Shown here: positions 13,450-23,322 of the stretch, one piece after another
Layout of the letters: the number at the start of each line of letters is the position of its first letter
Numbering within the stretch: position 1 is the stretch's first letter
DNA from: an uncultured delta proteobacterium
Lineage (GTDB): Bacteria; Desulfobacterota; Binatia; HRBIN30; BPIQ01
Reading direction: 5' to 3'
Assembly (NCBI GenBank): GCA_963761335.1
Contig: CAVXGR010000013.1
Coordinates: 160,001-224,000, forward strand
Length of the DNA: 64,000 nucleotides
Position numbers and translations under genes: made by a program
Notes under the pieces: model-generated
Seen by the model: the letters and a program-made list of their open reading frames with translations, nothing else
What the model was told of the DNA's origin: nothing
Databases searched by the model: none

Positions 13450-15327
13450 TCAGCCAAGGCGCTTGAGGTGCACGCTCAGCAATGACAGAGCCGCAGGCGT
13501 GATGCCGGAGACCCGCGCTGCCTGACCGAGCGATTGAGGGCGAATGGCACAGAGCTTCTCGCGCGCTTCGGCGGACAGCCCGGAGACAGACGCGAAGTCG
13601 AAGGTCTCCGGAATGCGTGCCTGCTCCATGCGCTCGAATCGCCGCACGGCCTCCTCCTGGCGGCGAATGTATCCTTCGTATTTCACCGCTACCTCGACCT
13701 CGAACACGGCCGCATCATCCGGGAGCAGAGGCGCCGATTCGCGAAATAGCTCGAGAAGGAGGCGCAGGGAGGTCTCCGGACGCCGCAGCAGGCCCTCCAG
13801 ACTGCCGGGCACCCGCGAGGCGGCGATGCCGAAGCTGGCCAGGTGGGACTCGGCCTCCGGCGTTCGCTGAACCGGCGTGTCGCGCAACCACTGGCGGATC
13901 TCGGCGGCGCCGCGGCGAACCACCTCGACGTCGGCAAAGCTCGCCGAGTCCAGAGCTCCGAGTGAATGGGCCAGATGGGATAGGCGCAGACAGGCATTGT
14001 CCTCGCGCAGCAGCAGCCGGTACTCGGCGCGCGAGGTGAACATACGGTAGGGCTCATCTGCCACCCCTTTGGTCACCAGATCGTCGATCAGCACACCGAT
14101 GTACGCTTGGTCGCGGCGCAGCACCAGAGGAGCCGCAGCGCGAAGATCGAGGGCCGCATTGATGCCGGCCATGATGCCCTGGGCGCCGGCTTCCTCGTAG
14201 CCGGTGGTGCCGTTGATCTGCCCCGCGTGGTAGAGGCCGGGGAGCAGCTTGGTTTCCAGAGACGGCCACAGCTGCGTGGGGTCCGCATAGTCGTACTCGA
14301 TCGCATAACCCGGTCTCATGATCGCCGCGTCTTCGAGGCCCGCGATCGAGCGCACCATCATCGTCTGCACGTCCAGCGGCAAGCTCGTCGACAATCCGTT
14401 CGGATAGACCTCGATCGTGTCGCGGCCCTCAGGCTCAAGGAATATCTGGTGCCGTGCCTTGTCCGCGAAGCGAACCACTTTGTCCTCGACCGAGGGGCAA
14501 TACCGCGGCCCGCGCGCGTCGATGAGGCCACTGTACATCGGTGAACGATCGAGTCCGTTGCGGATGATCTCGTGGGTGGCGGGGTTCGTATAGGTGATGT
14601 GGCAGGGAACCTGCGTCTGACGGATCTCCGGGGTCCAGAAGGAGAAGGGGGAGGGCGGTTGGTCACCCGGCTGCACTGCCAGGCGCCCATAATCGATGGT
14701 GCGGCCGTCGAGGCGAGGGCAGGTTCCGGTCTTCAGCCGGCCGATGCGAAACCCGATCTCCGCCAGACTCTGGCTCAGGCCGGCGACGGCGAAATCGCCG
14801 GCGCGGCCGGCGGGGTAGTTTCTCAGCCCGACGTGGACCAGGCCCCGCAGAAACGTGCCGGTGGTGAGGATCACCCGCCGCGCCTCGATCACCTCGCCCA
14901 TCTGCGTCTCGATCCCGGCGACCCGACCGTCCGCAACCAGCAGGCGCTCGGCGCTGCCCTGGTAGATGGTCAGGCGCGGCGTGCTCTCCAGCCGGCGCTT
15001 CATGTACAGACGGTACTGGAGCTTGTCCGCTTGGGCTCGCGAGGCGCGCACCGCCGGCCCCTTGCGCGTGTTCAGCTGGCGGAACTGGATCCCGGTGGCA
15101 TCGATGGCGCGCCCCATCTCGCCTCCGAGAGCGTCGATCTCCTTGACCAGATGCCCTTTGCCGATACCGCCGATCGCGGGGTTGCAGGACATCTGGCCGA
15201 CATGGTCCAGGTTCAAGGTGATCATCAGCGTGTCGCAGCCCATGCGCGCCGCGGCCAGCGCTGCCTCGCAGCCCGCGTGTCCGGCGCCGACCACGACCAC
15301 GTCGAATACTCTGCTGAACGGTCCCAT
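13450..15327 (-). CDS. mnmG: tRNA modification enzyme MnmG (GidA)
   Basis: GAGHAGCEAA, MSCNPAIGG, GPRYCPS, AGQINGTTGYEEA, YRMFTSRAEYRL. Confidence 0.98.
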   Translation of the reverse strand: MGPFSRVFDVVVVGAGHAGCEAALAAARMGCDTLMITLNLDHVGQMSCNPAIGGIGKGHLVKEIDALGGEMGRAIDATGIQFRQLNTRKGPAVRASRAQADKLQYRLYMKRRLESTPRLTIYQGSAERLLVADGRVAGIETQMGEVIEARRVILTTGTFLRGLVHVGLRNYPAGRAGDFAVAGLSQSLAEIGFRIGRLKTGTCPRLDGRTIDYGRLAVQPGDQPPSPFSFWTPEIRQTQVPCHITYTNPATHEIIRNGLDRSPMYSGLIDARGPRYCPSVEDKVVRFADKARHQIFLEPEGRDTIEVYPNGLSTSLPLDVQTMMVRSIAGLEDAAIMRPGYAIEYDYADPTQLWPSLETKLLPGLYHAGQINGTTGYEEAGAQGIMAGINAALDLRAAAPLVLRRDQAYIGVLIDDLVTKGVADEPYRMFTSRAEYRLLLREDNACLRLSHLAHSLGALDSASFADVEVVRRGAAEIRQWLRDTPVQRTPEAESHLASFGIAASRVPGSLEGLLRRPETSLRLLLELFRESAPLLPDDAAVFEVEVAVKYEGYIRRQEEAVRRFERMEQARIPETFDFASVSGLSAEAREKLCAIRPQSLGQAARVSGITPAALSLLSVHLKRLG

Positions 15328-15429
15328 GCGGATCACTCTTTCTTAAATCGCGCCGTCGTGCGAATCCAGATCGGATCGGACCTATCACTAATAGTGACTG
15401 AATATCACTTCTTCCGCATCCCCCCGGGC

Positions 15430-16788
15430 TCATTTCCCGATGCAGAACTCGCGGAAGATGCGGTCGAGCACGTCGTCGGTGGTGACCGCGCCGGTGATGG
15501 CGCCGACGCGGTTGACGGCCTCCTCAATGTCGACCGCAACGACGTCGATCGGGTCGCCGGCGCGCAGGCCGTCCAGGGCTTGGGCGACCGCCTTCCGCGC
15601 TCCCTCGAGCGCATCGCGATGCCGCGCCAGCGTGATCAGTGGAGCCTCCGCCGCCGCATCCTCGGCTCCGAATCTGGTGGCAATCCGGCGCCGCAGGTCG
15701 TCGAGTCCGGCGCCGGTGCGCGCCGAGATCTGCACCGTCTCGCCGGCGCCTATGCGATCGGCGTCCCAGGCCGGCGGAAGATCGCACTTGTTGACGACGG
15801 TCAGCGCTGGCGTCCGCTCGAGGCTCTCCAGCAGCCGCCGGTCATCGGCGCTCAGTGGCCTCGACCGATCCACGACCAGCAGGACGCCATCGGCTTGCTC
15901 GGCGAGGCGCCGCGCCCTCTCGATGCCGATGCGCTCGACCTCCTCGGCGTCCTCGCGGATTCCGGCGGTGTCGGCGAGCACCAGCGGCATGCCGTCGATT
16001 TCGAGGCTCTCCTCGATGATGTCGCGCGTCGTTCCCGGAGCGGGGGTGACGATGGCGCGCTCCGCCCCGAGCATGGCGTTGAGCAGGCTGGACTTGCCAA
16101 CGTTCGGACATCCAACGATGGCGAGATGAAGCCCCTCGCGCAGCAGGCGGCCGCGCGCGTACGAGTCGAGAAGCGAATCGATGCGCTGCGCGACCGCGAC
16201 CAGATTGGCGATCACCGCCTCGCCACTCAGGTCGACGTCTTCCTCGCTGAAATCGATCAGCACCTCGGCGCGCGCCTTCACCTCTACGAGTGATTCGCGC
16301 AGCGACTCGAGCCGTGCCGAGAGCTCGCCGGAGAGATGTCGCAAGGCGGTGCGCGCCGCCGCCGCGGTGCGCGCCGAGACGATCTCGGCCACGGCCTCCG
16401 CCTGCACCAGGTCGATGCGCCCGTTCAGGAACGCCCGCCGCGTGAACTCCCCGGGGTCCGCGGCGCGCGCCCCCAGGGCCAGGCAGCGACCCAGAACCTG
16501 GCGCAGCAGGAGGGGATTGCCGTGCGTGTGCAGCTCGACGGCGTCTTCTCCCGTATAGCTGTGCGGAGCGTACATGAAGACGGCGAGGGCCTCGTCGATG
16601 ATCTCGCCCGCGGCGTCGACGAGAGCTCCCCGGTACAGACGGTGCCGCTGCACAGCGGAGCGCTCGCGGCCGAAGCGGAAGACCATCCGACCGATCTCGA
16701 CGGCGCGGGGGCCGCTGAGGCGAACGATACCGACGGCCCCGGCGCCCGGGGGCGTGGCGATGGCGGCAATGGTATCGTCGGCGTACAC
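15430..16788 (-). CDS. mnmE: tRNA modification GTPase MnmE (TrmE)
   Basis: DTIAAIATP, GEFTRRAFLNGR, GCPNVGKS, GTTRD, DTAG, NKCD, C-terminal FCIGK. Confidence 0.98.
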   Translation of the reverse strand: MYADDTIAAIATPPGAGAVGIVRLSGPRAVEIGRMVFRFGRERSAVQRHRLYRGALVDAAGEIIDEALAVFMYAPHSYTGEDAVELHTHGNPLLLRQVLGRCLALGARAADPGEFTRRAFLNGRIDLVQAEAVAEIVSARTAAAARTALRHLSGELSARLESLRESLVEVKARAEVLIDFSEEDVDLSGEAVIANLVAVAQRIDSLLDSYARGRLLREGLHLAIVGCPNVGKSSLLNAMLGAERAIVTPAPGTTRDIIEESLEIDGMPLVLADTAGIREDAEEVERIGIERARRLAEQADGVLLVVDRSRPLSADDRRLLESLERTPALTVVNKCDLPPAWDADRIGAGETVQISARTGAGLDDLRRRIATRFGAEDAAAEAPLITLARHRDALEGARKAVAQALDGLRAGDPIDVVAVDIEEAVNRVGAITGAVTTDDVLDRIFREFCIGK

Positions 16789-16835
16789 GGAAAAGCGGAC
16801 GGTCCGCGGCCGGGGCGCGGCTACCGCGCCCGCCT

Positions 16836-17663
16836 CTACTCGCGGGACGTCCGCCCCCGGGCGCGGCGCTCGCCTTCCGGGATGATCAGCAGCTTGCGGA
16901 AGTAGCCGTTGCCCGAGCTGCGGGTGGTGAGCTGCGGATCGTCCTGAAGCGTCAGATGGACGATGCGCCGGTCGCGCGGGCTCATCGGGTTCAGGGTCAC
17001 TGGACGCCCGCGGCGCTTGGCGCGGTCCGCCGCCCGGCGGGCCAGGTCCTCGAGCAGCTGCCGGCGCTTCTCGCGGTATTGCTCACAGTCGACCGCGAGA
17101 CGGCCGGCGCTGTCGTCGTCCCGCGTCACCAGTCGGTTGGTCAGGTACTCGAGGGCGTCGAGCGTCTGCCCGCGGCGCCCGATCAACACGCTGGCTTCCT
17201 CGCCGCGTATCTCCAGCAGCACGCGGCCGGCGTCCGGGCGCGCCTCCACCGCCGCCGCGAACCCCATCCGCTGGATCAGGTCCTCGAGCACGCGGCGGCC
17301 GTTTTCGACAACCTCCAGCGGAACCGGCTCCGGGGGCTCTTCCGTCGCGGCGCGGGTCGCGCGCGGTGGCCGACGGGGCGGCGCCGCCAGGGGTGCCCGC
17401 GGCTCCGCCGGGTCTCGGGACGCCGGCCGCTCATGGCGCCGCTGGGCCTCCTGTCGCGGCTCCTCGCCCGGCGCCCCGGAATGCTCCAGCGGGCGACGCA
17501 GGCTGGCGCGCACGCGGGCCTTCTTGCCGCCGATGCCAAACAGGCCGCGGCTGGAGTTGGCGAGGATCTCGATCTCGACCTTCGAGCGCTCCGCGCCGAG
17601 CGCCTGCAGGGCCTTTTCGATCGCCTCGTCGATGCTGTTCCCTTCCGTCTCGACGTAGTCCAT
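16836..17663 (-). CDS. jag: RNA-binding protein Jag/EloR (KH + R3H)
   Basis: Jag_N domain (EAIEKAL...GLFGIG), IGRRGQTLDAL, RRIVH R3H motif. Confidence 0.94.
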   Translation of the reverse strand: MDYVETEGNSIDEAIEKALQALGAERSKVEIEILANSSRGLFGIGGKKARVRASLRRPLEHSGAPGEEPRQEAQRRHERPASRDPAEPRAPLAAPPRRPPRATRAATEEPPEPVPLEVVENGRRVLEDLIQRMGFAAAVEARPDAGRVLLEIRGEEASVLIGRRGQTLDALEYLTNRLVTRDDDSAGRLAVDCEQYREKRRQLLEDLARRAADRAKRRGRPVTLNPMSPRDRRIVHLTLQDDPQLTTRSSGNGYFRKLLIIPEGERRARGRTSRE

Positions 17664-17675
17664 GCGCGTCCTCGT

Positions 17676-19316
17676 TCAAGCTGCCGAGCGCGTGATGTAG
17701 TACTGCTGCGCAATCGTGAGCACGTTGTTCACAAGCCAGTACAGGACGAGACCGGCGGGAAAGTTGACGAACATGAAGGTGAACACCAGCGGCATGATCA
17801 TCATCATCCGCCGCTGCGTCGGATCTCCCGTGCTCGGCGTCATCCACTGCTGCACCAGCATGGTCACTCCCATCACCACCGTGAGGACCGGAATGCCCGG
17901 AGGGTTCACGAAGGGAAGCACCATGTTGCCGAGGCGGTCCGGCGCGGAGAGATCGTTGATCCACATCGCGAAGGGCGCATGCCGCAGCTCGATCGAGTTC
18001 AGCAGGGCGCTGTACAGCGCGAAGAAGACCGGGATCTGCAGGATCATCGGCAGGCAGCCCCCCAGAGGGTTCACCTTGTGGCGCCGATACAGCTCCATGA
18101 TCTCCTTGTTCATCTCCTCGGGCTTGTCCTTCAGACGCTCGCGGAGCTTGGTCATCTGCGGCTGCAGCTTCTGCATCTCCCGCATCGACGTAAAGCTCTT
18201 CTGGGTCAGGGGGATGAACAGGATCTTGATGGCGACGGTGAGCAGGATGATGGCGATGCCATAGTTGCCGGTGACGGCGTCGAGCAGTCGCAGCACCTGC
18301 AGCATCGGCACCGCGAGAAAGGCGAAATAGCCGAAATCGATGGCGCGCTTCAGGCCGTGATCCAGGCTGTCGAGAACATCGACGTCCTTCGGACCGACGT
18401 ACACCTCGAAGGGGAAATTCTCTTCCTTCGCCGCCTTCACCCGCGCCAGGACGCGAGTCTCGGCAGTGTTGTCGCGCTTCTTGAGCCAGAGGCGATAGGT
18501 CGACTGCTCCTCGGGAACCAGCGCCGAAAGGAAGTAGGTGTCGCCGTAGCCGGCCCACTCCAGGTTTCCAGTGAGAACCTCTCCCTTTTCCAGGTCCTTG
18601 ACGGCGCGGTGCACGATCTTGTTGTCGAGCAGCGCCACCACGCCCTGGAAGACCCGCCCATGGGCCTCGTTGGGGTTCACGCCCTTCTCCCAAGACACCC
18701 CGACCTCGTTGGTCCCCTGCGGCAGCTGCAGCGCCGCCACCGTGAAGCCGAGCGGATAGGCGTTGCCAGTGAACTCCAGGCGCTTCTCCACATGGACGTT
18801 GCCTGCCTGCCAGACCAGTGTCAGCCGACCCTTCTGGGCGCCGGAGAGCTGCATGGAGCCGCCCTCGATGCGATACAGAACGTCGTCGTCGCGCACGGCC
18901 TGCTCGCCGCGCAGCTCGATGCCGAGCGGCAGCTCGGCGGCCTCGCCGGGATTGATCATCTCCAGCGGCGGACTGCCGGGCTCGGTCGAGGCGCGGTACT
19001 TCTTCAGCTTGAAGCTCTGCAGACGTCCGCCGGCGGCGGTGAACACCGCGGTGTAGAGATCGGTGTCGACGGTGACCTCACGGGCGTTGGGAAACTGCTT
19101 GCGGGGCAGCGCCCTCTCCTCGGCGTTCTCAACCGGTGGCGGAGCGTTCTCCGCGGGCTGTTCCACCAGAGGCGGTACCTCTTCCGGTGTCTTCTCGGCG
19201 CTCTGCGTCTCGGGCTCACTGCCCGGGGGCGGGTAGAGCCGCTTGAGGACGAACTCCTGATAACCGATGAGAATGGCGATCGAGATGACCACCGCGAGCA
19301 GTACGCGCCGATCCAT
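17676..19316 (-). CDS. yidC: Membrane protein insertase YidC
   Basis: N-terminal TM ([10 protein letters not shown]), NYGIAIILLT, NPLGGCLP, PAGLVLYW. Confidence 0.97.
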   Translation of the reverse strand: MDRRVLLAVVISIAILIGYQEFVLKRLYPPPGSEPETQSAEKTPEEVPPLVEQPAENAPPPVENAEERALPRKQFPNAREVTVDTDLYTAVFTAAGGRLQSFKLKKYRASTEPGSPPLEMINPGEAAELPLGIELRGEQAVRDDDVLYRIEGGSMQLSGAQKGRLTLVWQAGNVHVEKRLEFTGNAYPLGFTVAALQLPQGTNEVGVSWEKGVNPNEAHGRVFQGVVALLDNKIVHRAVKDLEKGEVLTGNLEWAGYGDTYFLSALVPEEQSTYRLWLKKRDNTAETRVLARVKAAKEENFPFEVYVGPKDVDVLDSLDHGLKRAIDFGYFAFLAVPMLQVLRLLDAVTGNYGIAIILLTVAIKILFIPLTQKSFTSMREMQKLQPQMTKLRERLKDKPEEMNKEIMELYRRHKVNPLGGCLPMILQIPVFFALYSALLNSIELRHAPFAMWINDLSAPDRLGNMVLPFVNPPGIPVLTVVMGVTMLVQQWMTPSTGDPTQRRMMMIMPLVFTFMFVNFPAGLVLYWLVNNVLTIAQQYYITRSAA

Positions 19317-19543
19317 CAGGGCACCGGGTCCCAACCGCCGTCGTGGAGCGGATGACAGCGCGACAGGCGCCGCACACCGTACCAGAGACCGCGGCGCAGG
19401 CCGTGGCGCAGCACCGCCTCGCGCGTGTACTCGGAGCAGGAGGGCGTGAACCGGCAGGCCGGCCCGAGCAGCGGCGACACGGTCAGCTGGTAGACCCGTA
19501 GGAGGGCCGCTGTGGCGCGCGCGCCAAGCGAGGGAGACGGCAT
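19316..19543 (-). CDS. yidD: Membrane protein insertion efficiency factor YidD
   Basis: [10 protein letters not shown]...RCHP...GGWDPVP. Confidence 0.95.
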   Translation of the reverse strand: MPSPSLGARATAALLRVYQLTVSPLLGPACRFTPSCSEYTREAVLRHGLRRGLWYGVRRLSRCHPLHDGGWDPVP

Positions 19544-19551
19544 GAGAACCT

Positions 19552-19911
19552 TCAGGACCGCACGCCGACGCCGCTGAACAGTCGCTCGAGCTCGGCGACC
19601 GCGGCGCCGCTATCGAGCCCGGCCGCTCCCGGACGGGCAATCACCACCGTGCGGCTGCTCGGCAGCTGTGCGGCGCGATGTCGAAAGAACTCGCGGATCA
19701 TCCTTTTGACGCGGTTTCGCACGACGGCGTTCCCGACCTTGCGGCTCACAGTGACTCCGAGACGCGCCAGCCCACGATCCGCCGGAGCGCTGATCACGAC
19801 GAAATGGGAGCCAGTGCGGCGGCGGCCCCGTTGCTGTACGGCGAGAAATTCGGAGCGACGCCGCAGGCGCCGGTCCGCGGAAAACCCCTCGCGCCGCAGA
19901 GCCGCGCTCAG
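19552..19911 (-). CDS. rnpA: Ribonuclease P protein component (start uncertain: CTG 19911 or ATG 20100)
   Basis: RLRRRSEF and [21 protein letters not shown] (RNR motif). No ATG/GTG/TTG lies between the rpmH stop and the conserved core. Confidence 0.9.
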   Translation of the reverse strand: MSAALRREGFSADRRLRRRSEFLAVQQRGRRRTGSHFVVISAPADRGLARLGVTVSRKVGNAVVRNRVKRMIREFFRHRAAQLPSSRTVVIARPGAAGLDSGAAVAELERLFSGVGVRS

Positions 19912-20066
19912 CCCGGCTGCTTGGCCGGAATCGAGACGGTCAGGCGCTTGCGGCCCTTGTCGCGCCGGCGCTTCAGCACCGCGCGCCCCCCGGGCGTAGC
20001 CATGCGGGTGCGAAAGCCGTGAGTGCGCTTGCGGCGTTTGTTGCTCGGCTGATACGTGCGTTTCAT
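19908..20066 (-). CDS. rpmH: 50S ribosomal protein L34
   Basis: Own translation: [52 protein letters not shown] (52 aa), with a G-rich SD. Too short for the ORF track. Confidence 0.97.
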   Translation of the reverse strand: MKRTYQPSNKRRKRTHGFRTRMATPGGRAVLKRRRDKGRKRLTVSIPAKQPG

Positions 20067-20142
20067 TCCTCCCCCTGAGCGGCGGCGAGTGCGAAGTCAT
20101 TGCTCATCCGCCGGGCCACAGCGGCTGCGGCGGTAAGCAGGG

Positions 20143-20172
20143 AATATCAACACAGCTGCGCCGCCCTGTCAA
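20143..20172 (-). promoter_or_regulatory. Putative sigma-70 promoter of the rpmH-rnpA operon
   Basis: Minus strand reads TTGACA-N18-GATATT upstream of rpmH. Confidence 0.55.
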
Positions 20173-20190
20173 TTTGGCCGGCCGGGGCTC

Positions 20191-20451
20191 TCAGGCACCG
20201 GCCTCCGAAGCCGGAGCCCCCTCTGGCCCGGCCGCCGACTTGGCGGTCTTTCCGGGATAGGTTTTGGCGAAGTGCTCCTCGCAGAGCCCGCGGCGATGGC
20301 GGGGCTTGTGACAGCCCTCCGCGTTGCAGCTGGCGCGCCGCGGCTTCGGCAGCTCCCCGCGCTTCCACTGCGCGTAGTGGCGCTGGCAATAGCCCTTGGC
20401 CTGCACTTCTTTGTCACAGCTCGGCGCCTTGCACGTTTCTTCAGTTGCCAT
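20191..20451 (-). CDS. Small protein with two Cx4C-x7-G(Y/L)Cx2H putative Zn-binding motifs (resembles the Myxococcus VegA motif)
   Basis: CKAPSCDKEVQAKGYCQRHY and CNAEGCHKPRHRRGLCEEHF; directly downstream of gpsA. Confidence 0.75.
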   Translation of the reverse strand: MATEETCKAPSCDKEVQAKGYCQRHYAQWKRGELPKPRRASCNAEGCHKPRHRRGLCEEHFAKTYPGKTAKSAAGPEGAPASEAGA

Positions 20452-20458
20452 TGATCGA

Positions 20459-21463
20459 TCACCCCCAGATTTCAGGTTTGGACTGTCGCGACATCAGATC
20501 CCCAACCACTTGCAGCGCCGGCTTGTCCTCGTAGAGCAGCTGGCGCACTTGCTCGGCGATGGGCATCTCGACACCGGCACGGGCGGCCAGGGCGCCGACA
20601 GTCTGACTGTTTTTCACGCCTTCCGCTACCATGCGCATGTCCGCCAGGATATCGGCCAGCTTCTCCCCGCGCCCGAGCCGCAGCCCGACGCTGCGGTTGC
20701 GGCTGAGGTCGCCCGTACAGGTCAGCACCAGGTCACCGATCCCGGAGAGCCCCGCGGCAGTTCGCGAATCGCCGCCGAGGCGGGTAACCAGCCGGGCAAG
20801 CTCGGCCACACCGCGCGTGATCAAGGCCGCCCGGGAGTTGCTCCCGAAACCGAGGCCGTCGCTCACACCAGCGGCGATGGCGATCAAGTTCTTGACGGCG
20901 CCGCCCAGCTCGACGCCGACGACATCGGTGCTGGAGTAGACGCGGAAGGCCGGCGCCGAGAAGACGCGCTGTACCGTCTCCGCCAGGTCACCGCTCACGG
21001 CGGCCGCGGTCACCGCGGTGGGCATCCCGGCGGCGACCTCACGGGCGAAGCTCGGGCCCGACAGGGCCGCGATGCTGGCCAGGTCGTTCCGCCCCAGTGC
21101 TTCGGCAACCACCTCCGACATGCGCTTCAGTGAGCCGTCCTCGACACCTTTGGCGGCGCTGACCACGGGCACTCCTGCGGGCAGGTGGCGGGCCGCCTCC
21201 GACATGATCCGGCGGGCGACGTGAGAAGGGCTCACGTAGAGCACCAGCTCGCTCCGCCGCAGCGCTTCCTCCATGTCGTTGGTGGGGTGCAGGGCGTCCG
21301 GCAACGGCACCCCGGGCAGATAGACGCGGTTCTCGCGCGCCTCGGCGATGCCAGCGCAGACCTCGAGGCTGTGCACCCACATGTTCACCTGGTGACCGTT
21401 CTCGCACAGAAGCTTCGCCAGGGCCGTGCCCCAGCTGCCTCCTCCGATGACCGCGACTCGCAT
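20459..21463 (-). CDS. gpsA: NAD(P)H-dependent glycerol-3-phosphate dehydrogenase
   Basis: GGGSWGTALA, LSGPSFAREV, GAVKN, GDLVLTC...SRN, AEGV. Confidence 0.97.
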   Translation of the reverse strand: MRVAVIGGGSWGTALAKLLCENGHQVNMWVHSLEVCAGIAEARENRVYLPGVPLPDALHPTNDMEEALRRSELVLYVSPSHVARRIMSEAARHLPAGVPVVSAAKGVEDGSLKRMSEVVAEALGRNDLASIAALSGPSFAREVAAGMPTAVTAAAVSGDLAETVQRVFSAPAFRVYSSTDVVGVELGGAVKNLIAIAAGVSDGLGFGSNSRAALITRGVAELARLVTRLGGDSRTAAGLSGIGDLVLTCTGDLSRNRSVGLRLGRGEKLADILADMRMVAEGVKNSQTVGALAARAGVEMPIAEQVRQLLYEDKPALQVVGDLMSRQSKPEIWG

Positions 21464-21662
21464 GGCTTGATGCGCGTTTCGCACAAACGCTCGGGGAAAG
21501 AAAGTGAACTTGCAATCCGCAGCTCTTTCGGCGCCGATTTGTCACAAACCACCGGCGAAGGGAAGTTGCCCGGCCCGCCGCCCGCAAAATGCGGAAAAAG
21601 CAACAAGCCCGCTGCCACTTACCGCCGAGGGCGGGTTTTGCGTCGGGCACCGATAAATCGCC

Positions 21663-21692
21663 TTGCAAATCTAAACTTTTCCGCCGTAGGAT
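21663..21692 (+). promoter_or_regulatory. Putative sigma-70 promoter of the FG-GAP/scaffoldin-like operon
   Basis: TTGCAA-N18-TAGGAT in an AT-richer intergenic region, ~20 nt before ATG 21715. Confidence 0.4.
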
Positions 21693-21714
21693 AGTGAGCT
21701 TGGACTTTCCGTGG

Positions 21715-23317
21715 ATGCGGTGTGGAGCGAAAAATCCGCAGTTGCGGAGACTCTGGAGTAGATTGTCATGGGCCATTTGGATTATCGCGCTGATCTTGGG
21801 ACCTGACGGCAAAGCGATCGGGAGCCCGCTGCTCGGCGCGCCCGGAACCTATTCCGTAGACGGGGCACCGGTGGGCATCGTGGCAGCCGACATCGATGCA
21901 GCGCCCGGTCTCGACCTGGCTACGGCAAACGAGGCCGGCGAGAATGGGCCGTCGTTGTCGCTGCTCTTCAACCGAGGCGCCGGCAGCTTCTTCCCCGAAG
22001 TCCGCAAGAATCTGGACGCCAATCGCTACATCTTGCATACCCTCACCAGCGGCGACTTCGACGGCGATGGTGACGACGATATCGCCGCCGCCGTGGACGA
22101 CATTACAGTCTTTCCCATCCGCGGCACGGTGCTCGTGTTTCTAAATGACGGTACGGGCCGGCTCAGCGCGCCCGATGCATATCCGATTTCCGGGCTCTTT
22201 CCGCAGTGCCTGGCTGCCGCGGACGTGACCGGCGACGGGATTCTCGACCTGGTGGCATGCGATTCAACACTCGAGCCGGTAACCGGCCTGATCTCCGTGC
22301 TTGTAGGCGAAAGCCTCGACGGAGTGCCCACGGGGGGCTTTCTCCCAGCGCAGGGCTTCGTCGTCGGGCAGAATCCGACAGAGATCTCCGTCGCCGACGT
22401 CGACGGGATCAACGGCGCGGACCTCGTGGTTGCCGACCCGGACGCTCGCAAGGTCTTCATCCTCTACAACAATGCCGGGCCAACTCTGTTCGACGCGCCC
22501 GTCGATCTCGCTACCGTCAGCGCTCCGTCAGCCGTCCTCGCCGCGCCGACAGGCGCAAGCGCCGCGACCGACGTGCTGGTGGCCAGCCTGAGCTCCGGTC
22601 AGGTACTGCTGTTTCCGCAGACCGGCTTCCGCACCTTCGGCGATCCCCTTCCGGTGGCCATGACGCGGCTGCCGGAAGCCCTCGGAATCGGCAGGTTCGA
22701 TGCCGACGAGATCGATGACCTGCTGGTGCTCAGTCGGGGGAACTCCGCAGTTGAGCTCTGGCTGGGGAACGGCGACGGCAGCTACAGCTTCGCCGAGAGC
22801 GCCCCGATCGCCAGCGGATCGGAAACCATGACGGTGGCCGACCTCAACGGCGACGGCATGCCCGACGTGGCGACCGCGTCGTCATCCCAAGACCAGGTGA
22901 CAGTGGTTCTGAGTGGCGCCGACGTACCCGCAACGCCGACAGAGACGCCCACCCCGACGGCCACACCGACGGCGACGGCTACCCCGACAAAGACGCGAAC
23001 CCCGACGAAGACACCCACGTCAACCCGGACCGGGACATCCACTCGGACCGACCAAGACTCTGACTCCGACCAGGACTCCGACGTCCAATCCGCTGTTCAC
23101 CCACACTCCAACCAAGCTCCCGACCGCCTCGCCGACGCCGACGAGAACGGCGCTCGGTCCTGGCGACGCCAACTGCGACGGCGCCATCAATCAGAAAGAC
23201 GTCGTCGGGGCGATCACCAGCATCTTCGTCCCCGGCTGTAGCGGCGCGGACGCAAACAGCGACGGCCGCGTTTCCGCCGCCGACGTGCTTCGCGTACTTC
23301 AGCTGATCTCTCAATAG
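21715..23317 (+). CDS. Secreted FG-GAP/VCBS-repeat protein with Thr-Pro linker and C-terminal dockerin-like module (frameshift at ~23047-23050)
   Basis: Hydrophobic leader; repeats GDFDGDGDDDI, ADVTGDGILDL, ADLNGDGMPDV. The TP linker continues in the 22913-23317 frame into GDANCDGAINQKD...ADANSDGRVSAAD. Confidence 0.8.
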
Positions 23318-23322
23318 GGCCC

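Noticed and set aside
21464..21714. Possible oriC in the gpsA / FG-GAP intergenic region
   Set aside because: No consensus DnaA boxes or DUE seen; only a short palindrome TTTGTCACAAA (21538-21548) and promoter-like hexamers.
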